Assembly: GCA_965228735.1 (NCBI GenBank)
Contig: OZ245838.1
Coordinates: 6,688,001-6,752,000 of the forward strand
Reading direction: 5' to 3'
Length of the DNA stretch: 64,000 bases
Source of the DNA: Planctomycetota bacterium
GTDB taxonomy: Bacteria; Planctomycetota; UBA1135; UBA2386
Shown here: piece by piece, positions 1 to 9,694 of the stretch
Position numbering within the stretch: the first letter of the stretch is position 1
How the letters are laid out: each line of letters starts with the position of its first letter
Translations under genes and position numbers: made by a program
Notes under the pieces: model-generated
Told to the model about the DNA's origin: nothing
Databases searched by the model: none
The model's input: only the letters and a program-made list of their open reading frames with translations

Positions 1-1
1 C

Positions 2-2074
2 ACGTGGCCGTGGCGCGACTGGCTGATCCGATCGTTCCACGACAACAAGCCGTGGCCGCGCTTCGTGCGCGAGCTCGTCGCCGGTGACCTGTTGCCCGAC
101 GCGGACCTCGAGAGCCGGACGGCGACCGCGTTCTGGCGCCTGCATCGGCAGACGAACGAGGGTGGTTCGATCGAAGCCGAGTGGCGCCACGAGTACATCG
201 CCGATCGCGTCGACACGTTCGGGACCGCGTTCCTCGGGCTCACGGTGGGCTGTGCGCGGTGTCACGACCACAAGTCCGACCCGATCACGCAGCGCGACTA
301 CTACGCGCTCGGCAGCTTCTTCGCGATCGACGAGTCCGGCGTCTATCCGTACTCGACGGGCGGGGTGCCGCAGCCCACCGTGCGCCTCGCGTCGCCGGCC
401 GACGAACGCGAGGTCGAAGAACTCGCGGTGCGCGCCGGGTTGCTCGCGGCTAGGTGGGGCAACCCGCGGCCACTCGCCGAGTCGCCGACGTGGACGCGGT
501 CGGCGCTCATCGAGTGTGACGGCGATCGCCGGACGACGGCCAGCGACGCGCCGAAGTTCACCCGGGCCGACCCGTTCCGGATCGGCCTCGAACTCTGGTG
601 TCCGCAGGACCAGGCCGGCACGCAAGAACGCGCCGTCGTGCTGCACACGAGCCGCTACACGCTCGATGCCGACGCGCAGGGCTACCAGGTGCTGCTGCGT
701 GACGGTCACCTGTGCTGGGAGATCGTGCACCACTGGCCGGGTTCGGCGATCGCCGTGCGGACGAAGGAGCCGCTGCCGTTCGGAGAATGGGTGGACGTCG
801 TCGTCGGCTACGACGGCAGCTCGCGCGCGAGCGGACTCACGGTCACGTTCGACGGGCGCTCGGTGCCGCTCGAGATCGTGCGCGATCACCTGCGCGGGCC
901 AGCTATGGTGCGCACGTTCGAGCTCGGCGCGCGCGACCGCGATCGGGGGTTCACCGGCGGTCGGATCCGCAACGTCCGCGTGTTCGACGACTGCACGACG
1001 GCGAAAGAGCAGGAACTGCGGGATGCGCGCCGGGCGCACCATGCGCGGCTCGAGAAGATCCCGGAGCTCATGGTCATGGCGGAGCACGGATATCCCCCGG
1101 CGCGCTACGTGTTGCGGCGCGGGGCCTACGACATGCCCGACGAGGAGCAACCCGTCGAACCCGACGTGCCCGCGAGCGTGCTGCCGTTCGGCGACCGTCC
1201 GCGCGACCGGCTCGGGCTCGCCGACTGGCTGCTCGCCGACGACAATCCGCTGCCGGCACGCGTCGTCGTCGATCGGTTGTGGCGCACGTGCTTCGGGCGC
1301 GGCTTCGTGCCGGCACCCGACAACTTCGGCGTGCTCGGGCAGAGGCCGCGGCAGCAGGCGCTGCTCGATGCCCTGGCGCGCGACTTCCAGAAGAGCGGCG
1401 ACATCCGGGCCCTGCTGCGGCGCATCGTGTGTTCCGCGACGTTCCGGCAGAGCTCGCGCGCGGGCGCGGCGCTGCGCGAACGCGACCCCGACAACGAACT
1501 GCTCGCGCGCGGCCCGGTCTCGCGGCTCGCCGCGGAGACGCTGCGCGACCTCGCGCTCGCCGCGTCGGGCCTGCTCTGCCGCGACGCCTACGGCCCGAGT
1601 CGCAAGCCATGGCAGCCGCCGGGTCTCTGGCGCGATGCGGGCGCGGGCTGGGGCGGGGCGGACTACGAGCCGGATGAGGGGCCACAAGGGCACCGGCGCA
1701 GCCTCTACACGTATCGCAAGCGCACGGCGCCGCCGCCCGACATGACGATCCTCGACGCGCCGAGCCGCGAGGTCTGCGTCGCATCCCGGCAGTCGACCAA
1801 CACGCCGCTGCAGGCGCTCGTGTTCTGGAACGATCCGGTGTTCGTCGAGTGCGCCGAGGCGCTCGCGGATCGTGCGTTGCGCGAACGGGCAGACGGCGCG
1901 GTGGCGGATCGGCTCGAGTTCGTCTTCCTCGCGCTCGCTGGCCGGCGGCCGCGCGCGGCGGAGCGGTCGGCGCTTTCAGTGCTCCTGCGCGACGCCGCCG
2001 GCGAAGAACGACACGGCCTCGCGCTCGCGGCATCGACGCTCATGGCGAGCGACGCGGTGGTGGTGGTGCGATGA
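2..2074 (+). CDS. DUF1549/DUF1553 (PSD1) planctomycete protein with CxxCH motif and internal LamG-like domain; 5'-partial
   Basis: Frame is open from the window start (WPWRDWLIRSF...). Motifs GLTVGCARCHDHK, NPLPARVVVDRLW, RRSLY and TNTPLQAL. Stop overlaps the next ATG (ATGA). Confidence 0.9.
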   Translation, partial: TWPWRDWLIRSFHDNKPWPRFVRELVAGDLLPDADLESRTATAFWRLHRQTNEGGSIEAEWRHEYIADRVDTFGTAFLGLTVGCARCHDHKSDPITQRDYYALGSFFAIDESGVYPYSTGGVPQPTVRLASPADEREVEELAVRAGLLAARWGNPRPLAESPTWTRSALIECDGDRRTTASDAPKFTRADPFRIGLELWCPQDQAGTQERAVVLHTSRYTLDADAQGYQVLLRDGHLCWEIVHHWPGSAIAVRTKEPLPFGEWVDVVVGYDGSSRASGLTVTFDGRSVPLEIVRDHLRGPAMVRTFELGARDRDRGFTGGRIRNVRVFDDCTTAKEQELRDARRAHHARLEKIPELMVMAEHGYPPARYVLRRGAYDMPDEEQPVEPDVPASVLPFGDRPRDRLGLADWLLADDNPLPARVVVDRLWRTCFGRGFVPAPDNFGVLGQRPRQQALLDALARDFQKSGDIRALLRRIVCSATFRQSSRAGAALRERDPDNELLARGPVSRLAAETLRDLALAASGLLCRDAYGPSRKPWQPPGLWRDAGAGWGGADYEPDEGPQGHRRSLYTYRKRTAPPPDMTILDAPSREVCVASRQSTNTPLQALVFWNDPVFVECAEALADRALRERADGAVADRLEFVFLALAGRRPRAAERSALSVLLRDAAGEERHGLALAASTLMASDAVVVVR

Positions 2075-3489
2075 GTGAGCTCCTGCCGCTGTATCGGTCG
2101 CTGAATCGTCGCGCGTTCCTGGGCGGGTCGGGCGCGGGCCTCGGCGCGATCGCGATGCGGTCGCTGGTCGGTGACACCGCGGGGCCGCGCGGACCGGACT
2201 TCGCGCCGCGCGCGCGTCGGGTCGTCTACCTGTTCCAGGCGGGTGGACCGTCGCCGTTCGAAACGCTCGATCCCAAGCCCGTGCTGCAGCAGCGCCACGG
2301 CGAGCAGCTGCCGGCGTCGGTGCTCGGCGACCAACGCCTGACCGGCATGAGCGGGTTCCAGGCGAGCCTGCCCATGGCCGGTGCGTTCACGAAGTTCGCG
2401 CGGTGCACGGATGCCGGTCTCGAGGTCAGCGAGCTGCTGCCGCACACGGTGAGGATCGCCGATCGCCTCTGTGTCGTGCGTTCGATGCACACGGAGGCGA
2501 TCAACCACGACCCCGCGATCACGTTCCTCTGCAGCGGCAGCCAGATCAGCGGGCGGCCGTCGATGGGGGCGTGGGCGAGCTACGGCCTCGGCAGCGAGAA
2601 CGCCGACCTGCCCGCGTTCGTGGTGCTCGTGAGCAAGGACGCGCGCCGCGATCAGCCGCTCTACGCGCGACTCTGGGGCACGGGTTTCCTGCCCGGTGAA
2701 CACCAGGGCGTGCAGTTCCGGCCCGGCAAGGCGCCGGTCCTGTTCCTCGACCGGCCCGACGGGGTGTCGGCGGGGGACCGCCGCGCCCAGCTCGCGGCGC
2801 TGCAGGCGCTGCACCGCGATCAGTTCGCGCGCGAGCTCGACCCGGCGATCCAGGCGCGCACGGCCCAGGCGGAGCTCGCGTGTCGCATGCAGGCGAGCGT
2901 GCCCGAGGTCGCGGACTTCGGTGACGAACCCGAGTCGACGTTTCGGCTCTACGGCGAGGGCGCGCGCGACTCGGGCACGTACGCGAGCAACTGCGTGCTC
3001 GCGCGGCGACTGCTCGAGCGCGGCGTGCGGTTCGTGCAGCTGTTTCATCAAGGTTGGGATCAGCACGGCAACCTGCCGAAGGGGATCACGCAGCAATGCC
3101 GGCAGACGGACCAGGCCACGGCGGCGCTCGTGCTCGACCTCGAGCGCCGCGGTCTGCTCGCCGACACGCTCGTCGTCTGGGGCGGCGAGTTCGGCCGCAC
3201 TGCCTACTGCCAGGGTCGGCTGCAGAAGACGAACTACGGCCGCGATCACCACCCGCGGTGCTTCCCGATCTGGCTCGCGGGTGCCGGCGTCCGCGCGGGC
3301 CACGTGCACGGCGCGACCGACGACTTCGGCTACAACATCGCGCACGACCCGGTGCACGTGCACGACCTGCACGCGACGATGCTGCACCTGCTCGGCTTCG
3401 ACCACGAACGCCTGACCTACCGCTTCCAGGGTCGCGACTTCCGCCTCACGGACGTCGCCGGCAAGGTCGTCCGCAACCTGATCGCGTGA
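2071..3489 (+). CDS. DUF1501 family protein (sulfatase-like, Tat-type N-terminus)
   Basis: NRRAFL twin-arginine-like start; motifs GGPS, GWDQH, WGGEFGRT and GRDHH; typical partner of DUF1553 genes. Confidence 0.92.
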   Translation: MSELLPLYRSLNRRAFLGGSGAGLGAIAMRSLVGDTAGPRGPDFAPRARRVVYLFQAGGPSPFETLDPKPVLQQRHGEQLPASVLGDQRLTGMSGFQASLPMAGAFTKFARCTDAGLEVSELLPHTVRIADRLCVVRSMHTEAINHDPAITFLCSGSQISGRPSMGAWASYGLGSENADLPAFVVLVSKDARRDQPLYARLWGTGFLPGEHQGVQFRPGKAPVLFLDRPDGVSAGDRRAQLAALQALHRDQFARELDPAIQARTAQAELACRMQASVPEVADFGDEPESTFRLYGEGARDSGTYASNCVLARRLLERGVRFVQLFHQGWDQHGNLPKGITQQCRQTDQATAALVLDLERRGLLADTLVVWGGEFGRTAYCQGRLQKTNYGRDHHPRCFPIWLAGAGVRAGHVHGATDDFGYNIAHDPVHVHDLHATMLHLLGFDHERLTYRFQGRDFRLTDVAGKVVRNLIA

Positions 3490-3499
3490 ATGCCGGCTG

Positions 3500-3564
3500 G
3501 AACCGGGTACCGTACGCCGGGTGCCGCGGGAGGGCACCGTACGGTACCGCGTTCGTTCTGCCGA
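3500..3564. repeat. Pair of REP-family copies in inverted orientation between convergent genes
   Basis: GAACCGGGTACCGTACGCCGGGT (3500-3522) matches 27908-27930 at 22/23. CCGTACGGTACCGCGTTCGTTCTGCCGA (3537-3564) matches 27678-27705 at 25/28. Confidence 0.85.
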
Positions 3565-3565
3565 G

Positions 3566-5356
3566 CTACCGCACCTGCCGCCGGACCTCCTCGATGATCT
3601 GCGCGAGCATCGGATCGACCTGACCGCGGTCCACGAGCGGTTGCCACGTCGTCAGCGCGCGGCGGAGGTCGCCGAGTTGGTAGTGCGCGATGCCGAGATT
3701 GCGGCGGGCTTCGACGAAGTCGGGTTGGAGTCTCAGCGCGATCTCGAGCTGGTCGCGGGCGCGGGCGACCTGGCCCGTGACGTTGAGCAGTACCGCGTAG
3801 GTGTTGCGAACCTCGGGCTTGTAGGGCGCGAGCTCGCAGGCGCGTTCGGCGTATGCGAACGCCTCGTCGAAGAGGGGCTTGCTCGCGTGCTCCGGCAGGT
3901 CCATCGCCCGGTCGCGCAGCAGGCCCGCGAGATTGATCATCACGGCCGGGTCGTCGGGGTAGTCGCGCAGGATCGCGCGATAGAGCGACTCGGCGCGCTC
4001 GGTATCGCCGAGCGCGTGCACGAGGTTGGCGTGCGCGTTCCGTTCGTGCGCGCCCGGCGCTTCGCACTGCATCGCGCGCTCGAGCGCGGACTTCGCCGCG
4101 GCCAGGTTGCCGCTCGCGAACTCGTGGCTGCCGAGTGCCGTGAGGATCTTGCCGCTGAGGTAGCTGCCGTTCTGCAGCTCGTTGCTCGCGGCCGCGTGGC
4201 GGTCGAAGGTCTCGGCGTCCCGGTACGCGGCGGCTTCGACGTGGGTGCGCCAGGCGAACACGCCGATCACGAGGCCGGTGAGCCACGGGAACGCGCGGCC
4301 GAGTCGCCGTTCGCCGAGCATCGCGACCGGCACGACGATCGCGAGCAGCGGCAGGTACATCCGCCGGTCGGCGCAGAGCTCCGTGATGATCGGATAGACG
4401 CTCGAGGTCGGCGCGAGCAGCAGGAAGAACGCGGCGCCCGCGACACCGAAACGCGGGCGCTTCACGAGCAGCACCACGGTGGCCGCGATCGCAGCGACGA
4501 TTACAACGCCCGGGAGCACGGCGGGGCCGATGTCACGGATCACGCCGAAGTCGTACATGCCGCGCAGATCGGCCGGCACGAACGCGTTCTGCACGTAGTG
4601 CGCGAGGCACTGCGTCTGCGTGAGCAGCCACTCCCACGCGGTCGCGGGCGGGTTGGTCGCGTAGCCGACCGTCGGGTTCTTCGGACCGAGCGCGACGCAC
4701 GCGAGCAGGACGAGCCAGTTCGATGCGATCGCGAGGTGGAATCGCCAGCGGCCGCGGAACTCCTGCCAGCTCGACGTGCCGAACGCGCGGTCCATGAGCA
4801 CGAGCAGGATCGGCAGGCCGGCGCTCTCCTCCTTGCTCGCCAACGCCAGCGCGGCTGCGGCGACGCAGACCAGCCGCCATCGCGTCCGCGCAGTGCCTTC
4901 CGCCGAGTGCGATCGCAGCAACGCGATCGTCGAGGTCAGCGCGAAGAGCCCCATGAGCAACATGGACCGCTGCGTCAGATACGCGACCGCGTCGACGGCC
5001 AGCGGATGCACGGCCCACAGCGTCGCGGTCAGGCTCGCGAACATCAGGCTCGAGGCCCGGCGCGGCCGCGCGAGCAGCCGCACGAGCACCATGACGAGGA
5101 CGGCGTTGCACGCGTGCAGCGCGAGGCTCGAGAGGTGCATGAAGCCCGGGCCGTGCGAGAGCTCCAGCGCGAGCATCAGGCACGCGAGCGGCCGGTTGCT
5201 CAGCGAGTTGTAGTCGCCGAACGCCGCGGCCCACCAGTCACCCTGACGCAGCGCGTGACTCTCGAGGATCGCGCCGTGGTCGTCGAAGACGAAGTCGAAC
5301 CCGTGGACCTCGTGATACGCGACGATCGCGAGGACGACGGGCAGCGCCCACAGCAC
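3566..5356 (-). CDS. Multi-pass membrane protein with C-terminal TPRs (TMTC/GT-C protein O-mannosyltransferase-like); start uncertain
   Basis: FVFDD, RPL, AVHPLAVDAVAYLTQRS, SKEE and ADRRMYLP motifs followed by TPRs. The upstream part of the 800-aa track ORF overlaps another gene and is treated as spurious. Confidence 0.8.
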   Translation of the reverse strand: MLWALPVVLAIVAYHEVHGFDFVFDDHGAILESHALRQGDWWAAAFGDYNSLSNRPLACLMLALELSHGPGFMHLSSLALHACNAVLVMVLVRLLARPRRASSLMFASLTATLWAVHPLAVDAVAYLTQRSMLLMGLFALTSTIALLRSHSAEGTARTRWRLVCVAAAALALASKEESAGLPILLVLMDRAFGTSSWQEFRGRWRFHLAIASNWLVLLACVALGPKNPTVGYATNPPATAWEWLLTQTQCLAHYVQNAFVPADLRGMYDFGVIRDIGPAVLPGVVIVAAIAATVVLLVKRPRFGVAGAAFFLLLAPTSSVYPIITELCADRRMYLPLLAIVVPVAMLGERRLGRAFPWLTGLVIGVFAWRTHVEAAAYRDAETFDRHAAASNELQNGSYLSGKILTALGSHEFASGNLAAAKSALERAMQCEAPGAHERNAHANLVHALGDTERAESLYRAILRDYPDDPAVMINLAGLLRDRAMDLPEHASKPLFDEAFAYAERACELAPYKPEVRNTYAVLLNVTGQVARARDQLEIALRLQPDFVEARRNLGIAHYQLGDLRRALTTWQPLVDRGQVDPMLAQIIEEVRRQVR

Positions 5357-5394
5357 GAAGCGGTGGAGCGGGGCGGGCGCCGGCGGCGCACCGG

Positions 5395-6438
5395 CTACTT
5401 GGGCAGCTTGGACCACGCGGACATGATGTCCACGTCGACGGTGACGGGCCACGGCTTCTTCGCAGCCTTCGCGGCAGCCAGCTGCTCGCGCTGGCGCGGC
5501 GACAGGAAGCGCTCGGCCGCGCCCTTGCTCGCGGTGGCCGTGCCCTTCGGCGCCAACGCGGCGTTGATGCGGGCCGCCTGGGTCGCCGTCATCGCCACGT
5601 GCTTGAACGGCGTCTGCAGCAGGTAGTACTTCGGTTCCTTGTCGGGCCGCGGCTCGCTCTCGAACTTCTGCACGTTGTCGCCCAGGGCCTTCTTGGCCGC
5701 CGCCATCTGCGCCGCAGTCGTCGCCCACGCGCGGCGTGCGCAATCGGTGCTCTTGCCGTGCGCCAGGAGCTTCTCGAACTTCAGGCGCGCGGGGTCGAAC
5801 CACACTTCGGTGACCTCGTGGCCATCGAGCCAGCCGGCGCGCGTCCGGTGAACGCCATCGAGGAGGCCGAACTCGGCCTCGCCGACCCAGAATCAAGTCT
5901 GGGAGAACACGGCCCGTTCGAGGCCGCGGCGCTGCGCCTGTTCTTCCTGGGTCAGCAGCCGAAGCCACTCGGGCACGGGTCGCTCGGTCGCCTCGAGCGC
6001 GGTCGCCATCCGGGTGACCACGCCGTGCACGCTCCAGTCGCGCGTGAGCTTCTCGGCGAGCGGCCGTTCGTCAGCATCGATGCAGTAGACGACGGGGTTG
6101 TTCCACGCGCGTTCTCCGAAGTGCGCCAACACCTCGGCGTCCGCATCGCCCTTGCTGTTGTTCTTGATCGCGAGCGGGACGAACAGGGTCTCGGCGGCTT
6201 CCTGCACGAGTGGGTGGCTCAGCACGTGAGTCCCGAAATCGACGCAGGTCTTTCAACCGGGCACTTCCTGGAAGAGCAGCAGGATCGGCTTGCCGGTCCG
6301 CTGACTCGCGGCCTTCGCCGCCGCGAAGTCGCGTTGCCAGGCGATCGCGCCGAACTCGGTCGGGGGCGCGTCCTGGGCGCTGCCTGGAGCGGCTGCGCAG
6401 GCGGCGAGCACAAACGGGGTGAGGTGCCGGTGGGCCAT
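5395..6438 (-). CDS. Putative double selenoprotein: signal peptide + thioredoxin-like domain (VPGUKTC) + MsrA-like domain (UFWVGE); 347 aa with two recoded UGA codons
   Basis: Three track ORFs (6253-6870, 5893-6225, 5395-5805) are in one frame and are separated only by TGA at 6255-6253 and 5895-5893. Read-through gives LFQEVPG*KTCVDFG and FSQT*FWVGEAEFG...GHEVTEVWFDP. Confidence 0.85.
5863..5880 (-). promoter_or_regulatory. Candidate bacterial SECIS hairpin after the second UGA
   Basis: GAGGCCG-AGTT-CGGCCTC stem-loop begins 12 nt 3' of the TGA, with a G in the apical loop. Confidence 0.5.
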
Positions 6439-6577
6439 GGTCGGATCGTCGGCGGTGGAGCCGGGTCGCGCAAGCCGCTGCGCCCAGTCGGAACTGCGAG
6501 CCGTGGCGAGGCAGAGGTTGACGTCCCAGGCGAGAACAGGCGGGTCCAGGCACCGAGACGAGGGTCTGCGGCGTGCG

Positions 6578-8326
6578 CTACCCTCCGATCTCGACGCCGA
6601 GTTGTCCCGCCATCTGCATGGCGCGCGCGTTGCTCGGATTGCTCCGCAGCGCCTCGCGGACGCAGCGTCGTGCGTCGTCCAACTGGCCGAGCTGCTGATG
6701 CAGGAACGCGCGGTTGAACCATGCCTCGGAGTGGTTCGGATCGAGTTCGATCGCGCGGTCGAGCGCCTGCCCCGATTGCTGCGGGTTGCCGAGCATGCCG
6801 TGCGCGACGCCGAGCCCGACCCACGCGGCCGGGTTGTCCGGGCCGGCGCGGACCGCGGCTTCGAACGCATCGATCACCTGCTGGCGGTCGGGGCGGCGCT
6901 GGTTGGGTCCGAGCAGCAGGCACCACGCGAGGCCGAGGCGGCCGGCGGAGAGGGTCACGCGCACCGGCCCGTCGGCGTTGCTCGGCGTGTGTTCGACGGC
7001 GCGCCGGTAGTGCTCGTTCGCTATGGCCCACTGCGACGCGTCGCCGGCCTGCGCGCGCTGCAGCGCTGCGTCGGCGACCATGACGAGCGCGCTCGGTTGC
7101 TCGGGGAAGTGCTGCACGGTGTGTTGGCCGAGGCTCTCGTCGTCACGCCAGTGGTCGAACTGCAGGAACGTGATCCCGGCGAACGCGATCGGCAGCAGCC
7201 ACGGTGCCACCGACCCGAGTCGCCACAGCCACGCACGCGTGCCGAGCGCGAGCGCGAGGCCGAACGCGGCCAGATAGAGGTAGCGGTCGTTGAGCGGGTG
7301 GGCGCCGATCGCGCGCCAGTTCACCAGCGGCGGCAGCAGCGGGAGCAGCACGAGCGCGACGCCGAAGCGCAGGGCGCCCCCGTCCTGCCGGTCGCGACGC
7401 CAGAGCACGACGGTGATCGCGACGGTCATCGCCAGCAGTGGCAAGGTCAGCCACGCGGGCCAGTCCGGCGCGGGGCGCAACGGCGTCGCGGGCAGCGGCC
7501 ACGCGAGCAGGCCGAGGTGCCGCAGCAGCAACGTCGCCGGCTGCAGCAGGCTGCCCTCGGTGGCATCGTCCGCGGCCGTCGCCGTCAGACTGCTCAGCAC
7601 GAGAATACGCAGGCCGAGCCAGGCGATCAGGGTGATCCCGAGAACGATCACGGCGCGCCCGAGCCGGGGCCGCCGTGGCGTTCCCGCACCCGGGCTCGCC
7701 GGCACGAGGACGAATGCGAGCAGCGCGAGCGGCGCGATCGCGACCGCGGTCTCCTTCGCCACGAGTCCGCCGAAGAACGCGAGGCCCGCGAGCCACGGCC
7801 AGCCCACGTTCCCGTCCCAGGCACGGCGATCCCGCCAGCGCACCGTCGCATGGATCGCGAGCAGCGTCGCGGTGGCCCACAGCGGATCGTTGATCGCCGC
7901 GCACCAGCCGACGGCCTCGGCCTGCACCGGGTGCAGCGCGAATACGAGCGCGACCCAGGCCGCGCGCGGACCCGGCAGCCAGCGTTGCGCGAGGCGCAGC
8001 ACGAGCACGGCGTTACCGGCGTGCAGCAACAGCGCGATCGCATGCACGCCGGCGGCGCCACCGAGGTGGTGACCGATCGCCAGCGTCAGCAGCGTGAGCG
8101 GGCGCCAGAGCCCCTCGGATTCGCCGTAGAGCGGTGACGTCAGCAGGTCGCCGATATCGCCGGCGAGCAACGCCGGATTGCGCAGGACTAGCGTGACGTC
8201 GTCGTAGACGTAGTTGCCGAGCAGCGCGGGCCAGCACACCGCGAGCGTCGCGGCGAGGACCACGAGCGGCAGCGTGGTCGGGCGCTGCGTCGCAGCGTCG
8301 GTCGAGCGGGTTGGAGCGGCGGTCAT
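6578..8326 (-). CDS. Second TMTC-like membrane protein with TPRs
   Basis: YVYDD, WRPLT, ALHPVQAEAVGW, AKETAV and NDRYLYL motifs plus C-terminal TPRs. Confidence 0.82.
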   Translation of the reverse strand: MTAAPTRSTDAATQRPTTLPLVVLAATLAVCWPALLGNYVYDDVTLVLRNPALLAGDIGDLLTSPLYGESEGLWRPLTLLTLAIGHHLGGAAGVHAIALLLHAGNAVLVLRLAQRWLPGPRAAWVALVFALHPVQAEAVGWCAAINDPLWATATLLAIHATVRWRDRRAWDGNVGWPWLAGLAFFGGLVAKETAVAIAPLALLAFVLVPASPGAGTPRRPRLGRAVIVLGITLIAWLGLRILVLSSLTATAADDATEGSLLQPATLLLRHLGLLAWPLPATPLRPAPDWPAWLTLPLLAMTVAITVVLWRRDRQDGGALRFGVALVLLPLLPPLVNWRAIGAHPLNDRYLYLAAFGLALALGTRAWLWRLGSVAPWLLPIAFAGITFLQFDHWRDDESLGQHTVQHFPEQPSALVMVADAALQRAQAGDASQWAIANEHYRRAVEHTPSNADGPVRVTLSAGRLGLAWCLLLGPNQRRPDRQQVIDAFEAAVRAGPDNPAAWVGLGVAHGMLGNPQQSGQALDRAIELDPNHSEAWFNRAFLHQQLGQLDDARRCVREALRSNPSNARAMQMAGQLGVEIGG

Positions 8327-8743
8327 CGTGAACGGGCCGCGCCGGACACTACTCGCCGCCGCGCTGCTATGACACCGCGGGCAAGAGTGGAGGCCGGGCC
8401 GCGTCACCGAACGTGACCAGACGCTGCCCTACCGCTCCGACAAGTGCAACGCCGCCGGCATCCGCGGCCCGGCTCCGGTCGAGGTATCCGGTCGATCTCC
8501 GAAGGTAACGAAACACGCGCAAACGGGCCGATTCCGTGCGTCCGCGCGTTTCGAAACCGCTCGCCCGTCGAGCGCGACCGCTCGTGCGATTGCGCCCACG
8601 CGACGCCGAGCGCGGCGCTCCGGGCAGCGCCGGATCGGTCACGATCCGCTGCGTTCGCCCCTGGTCCTCGCACTTCCGTTGTCGATCTCGCCTGACCTGC
8701 GCTGGATCCGCGCGGCCCGTTGGCGCACGATGCGCGCCGACCG

Positions 8744-9694
8744 ATGGCCGAACCCGACCGACCGCTGCGCATCCGCCCGCTCGACGAGCGTCGCAATCTC
8801 GTCACGAAGGACCAGTTCGCGAGCGTGTTGCCGCCGGTCGACGGGTTCCTCTCGTGGTTCGACGCGCTGCCCGATATCTACGGCAGCCGATCGCTGAAGC
8901 AGATCGTGCGGCGCATCGTCGATGCCCGTGCGGACGGTCGCGAGGTCGGCATGGCGCTCGGCGCGCACGTGCTCAAGGTCGGCCTGTCGCCGCTGCTCAT
9001 CGACCTCATGCGGCGCGGGTTCATCACCCACGTCGCGACGAACGGCGCCTCCGCGATCCACGATTGGGAGACCGCGTATCAGGGCGCAACGAGCGAAGAC
9101 GTCGGCGAGAACCTGCCCGACGGCTCGTTCGGGTTCTGGCAAGAGACGTTCACGGGCCTCAATGGTGCGGCGGCGGACCCGGCCAGCAAGGAGCGCGGGC
9201 TCGGTCGCGCGCTCGGCGACCGCATCCTGGCGGACGGACTGCCGCATCGCGAACTGTCGGTCTTCGCCGAAGCCGCGCGGCTCGACATCCCCGCGACGAT
9301 CCACGTGGCGTTCGGTTGCGACATCACGCACATGGACCCGGCGCTCGACGGCGCGGCGCTCGGCGCGGCGACGCAGCGCGACTTCTGGATCCTCTCGGAT
9401 ACCGTCGGCCGGCTCGATCAGGGCGTCTGGTGCAACATCGGGTCGGCCGTGATCATGCCCGAGGTGTTCCTCAAGGCCGTGTCCGTCGCGCGCAACCGCG
9501 GGCAGCTCGGTGACGATTTCCTCACCTGCAACTTCGACATGATCTCGCACTACCGCGCCATGACCAACGTCGTGCAGCGCCCGCCCAAGGAGGGTCGCAA
9601 CGTGATCGCGATGCACGAGATCGTGCTGCCGCTGCTGCACCAGGCCATTCTGTGCACCGCTGCCGATCGCGGCAGTCTCTCGGAGCCGCGCTGA
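8744..9694 (+). CDS. Deoxyhypusine-synthase-like (DHS-fold) protein of unknown function
   Basis: GAHVLKVG, HVATNGASAIHD and NIGSAVIMPEVFLKA motifs; coupled to hldE by a TGATG overlap. Confidence 0.65.
   Translation: MAEPDRPLRIRPLDERRNLVTKDQFASVLPPVDGFLSWFDALPDIYGSRSLKQIVRRIVDARADGREVGMALGAHVLKVGLSPLLIDLMRRGFITHVATNGASAIHDWETAYQGATSEDVGENLPDGSFGFWQETFTGLNGAAADPASKERGLGRALGDRILADGLPHRELSVFAEAARLDIPATIHVAFGCDITHMDPALDGAALGAATQRDFWILSDTVGRLDQGVWCNIGSAVIMPEVFLKAVSVARNRGQLGDDFLTCNFDMISHYRAMTNVVQRPPKEGRNVIAMHEIVLPLLHQAILCTAADRGSLSEPR

Noticed and set aside
5395..6438. Pseudogene, or genome-wide UGA reassignment, as the explanation for the in-frame TGAs
   Set aside because: Both TGAs fall on catalytic Cys positions and there are no frameshifts. 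TGA is a normal stop elsewhere (rpsB, tsf, and many ATGA/GTGA overlaps).
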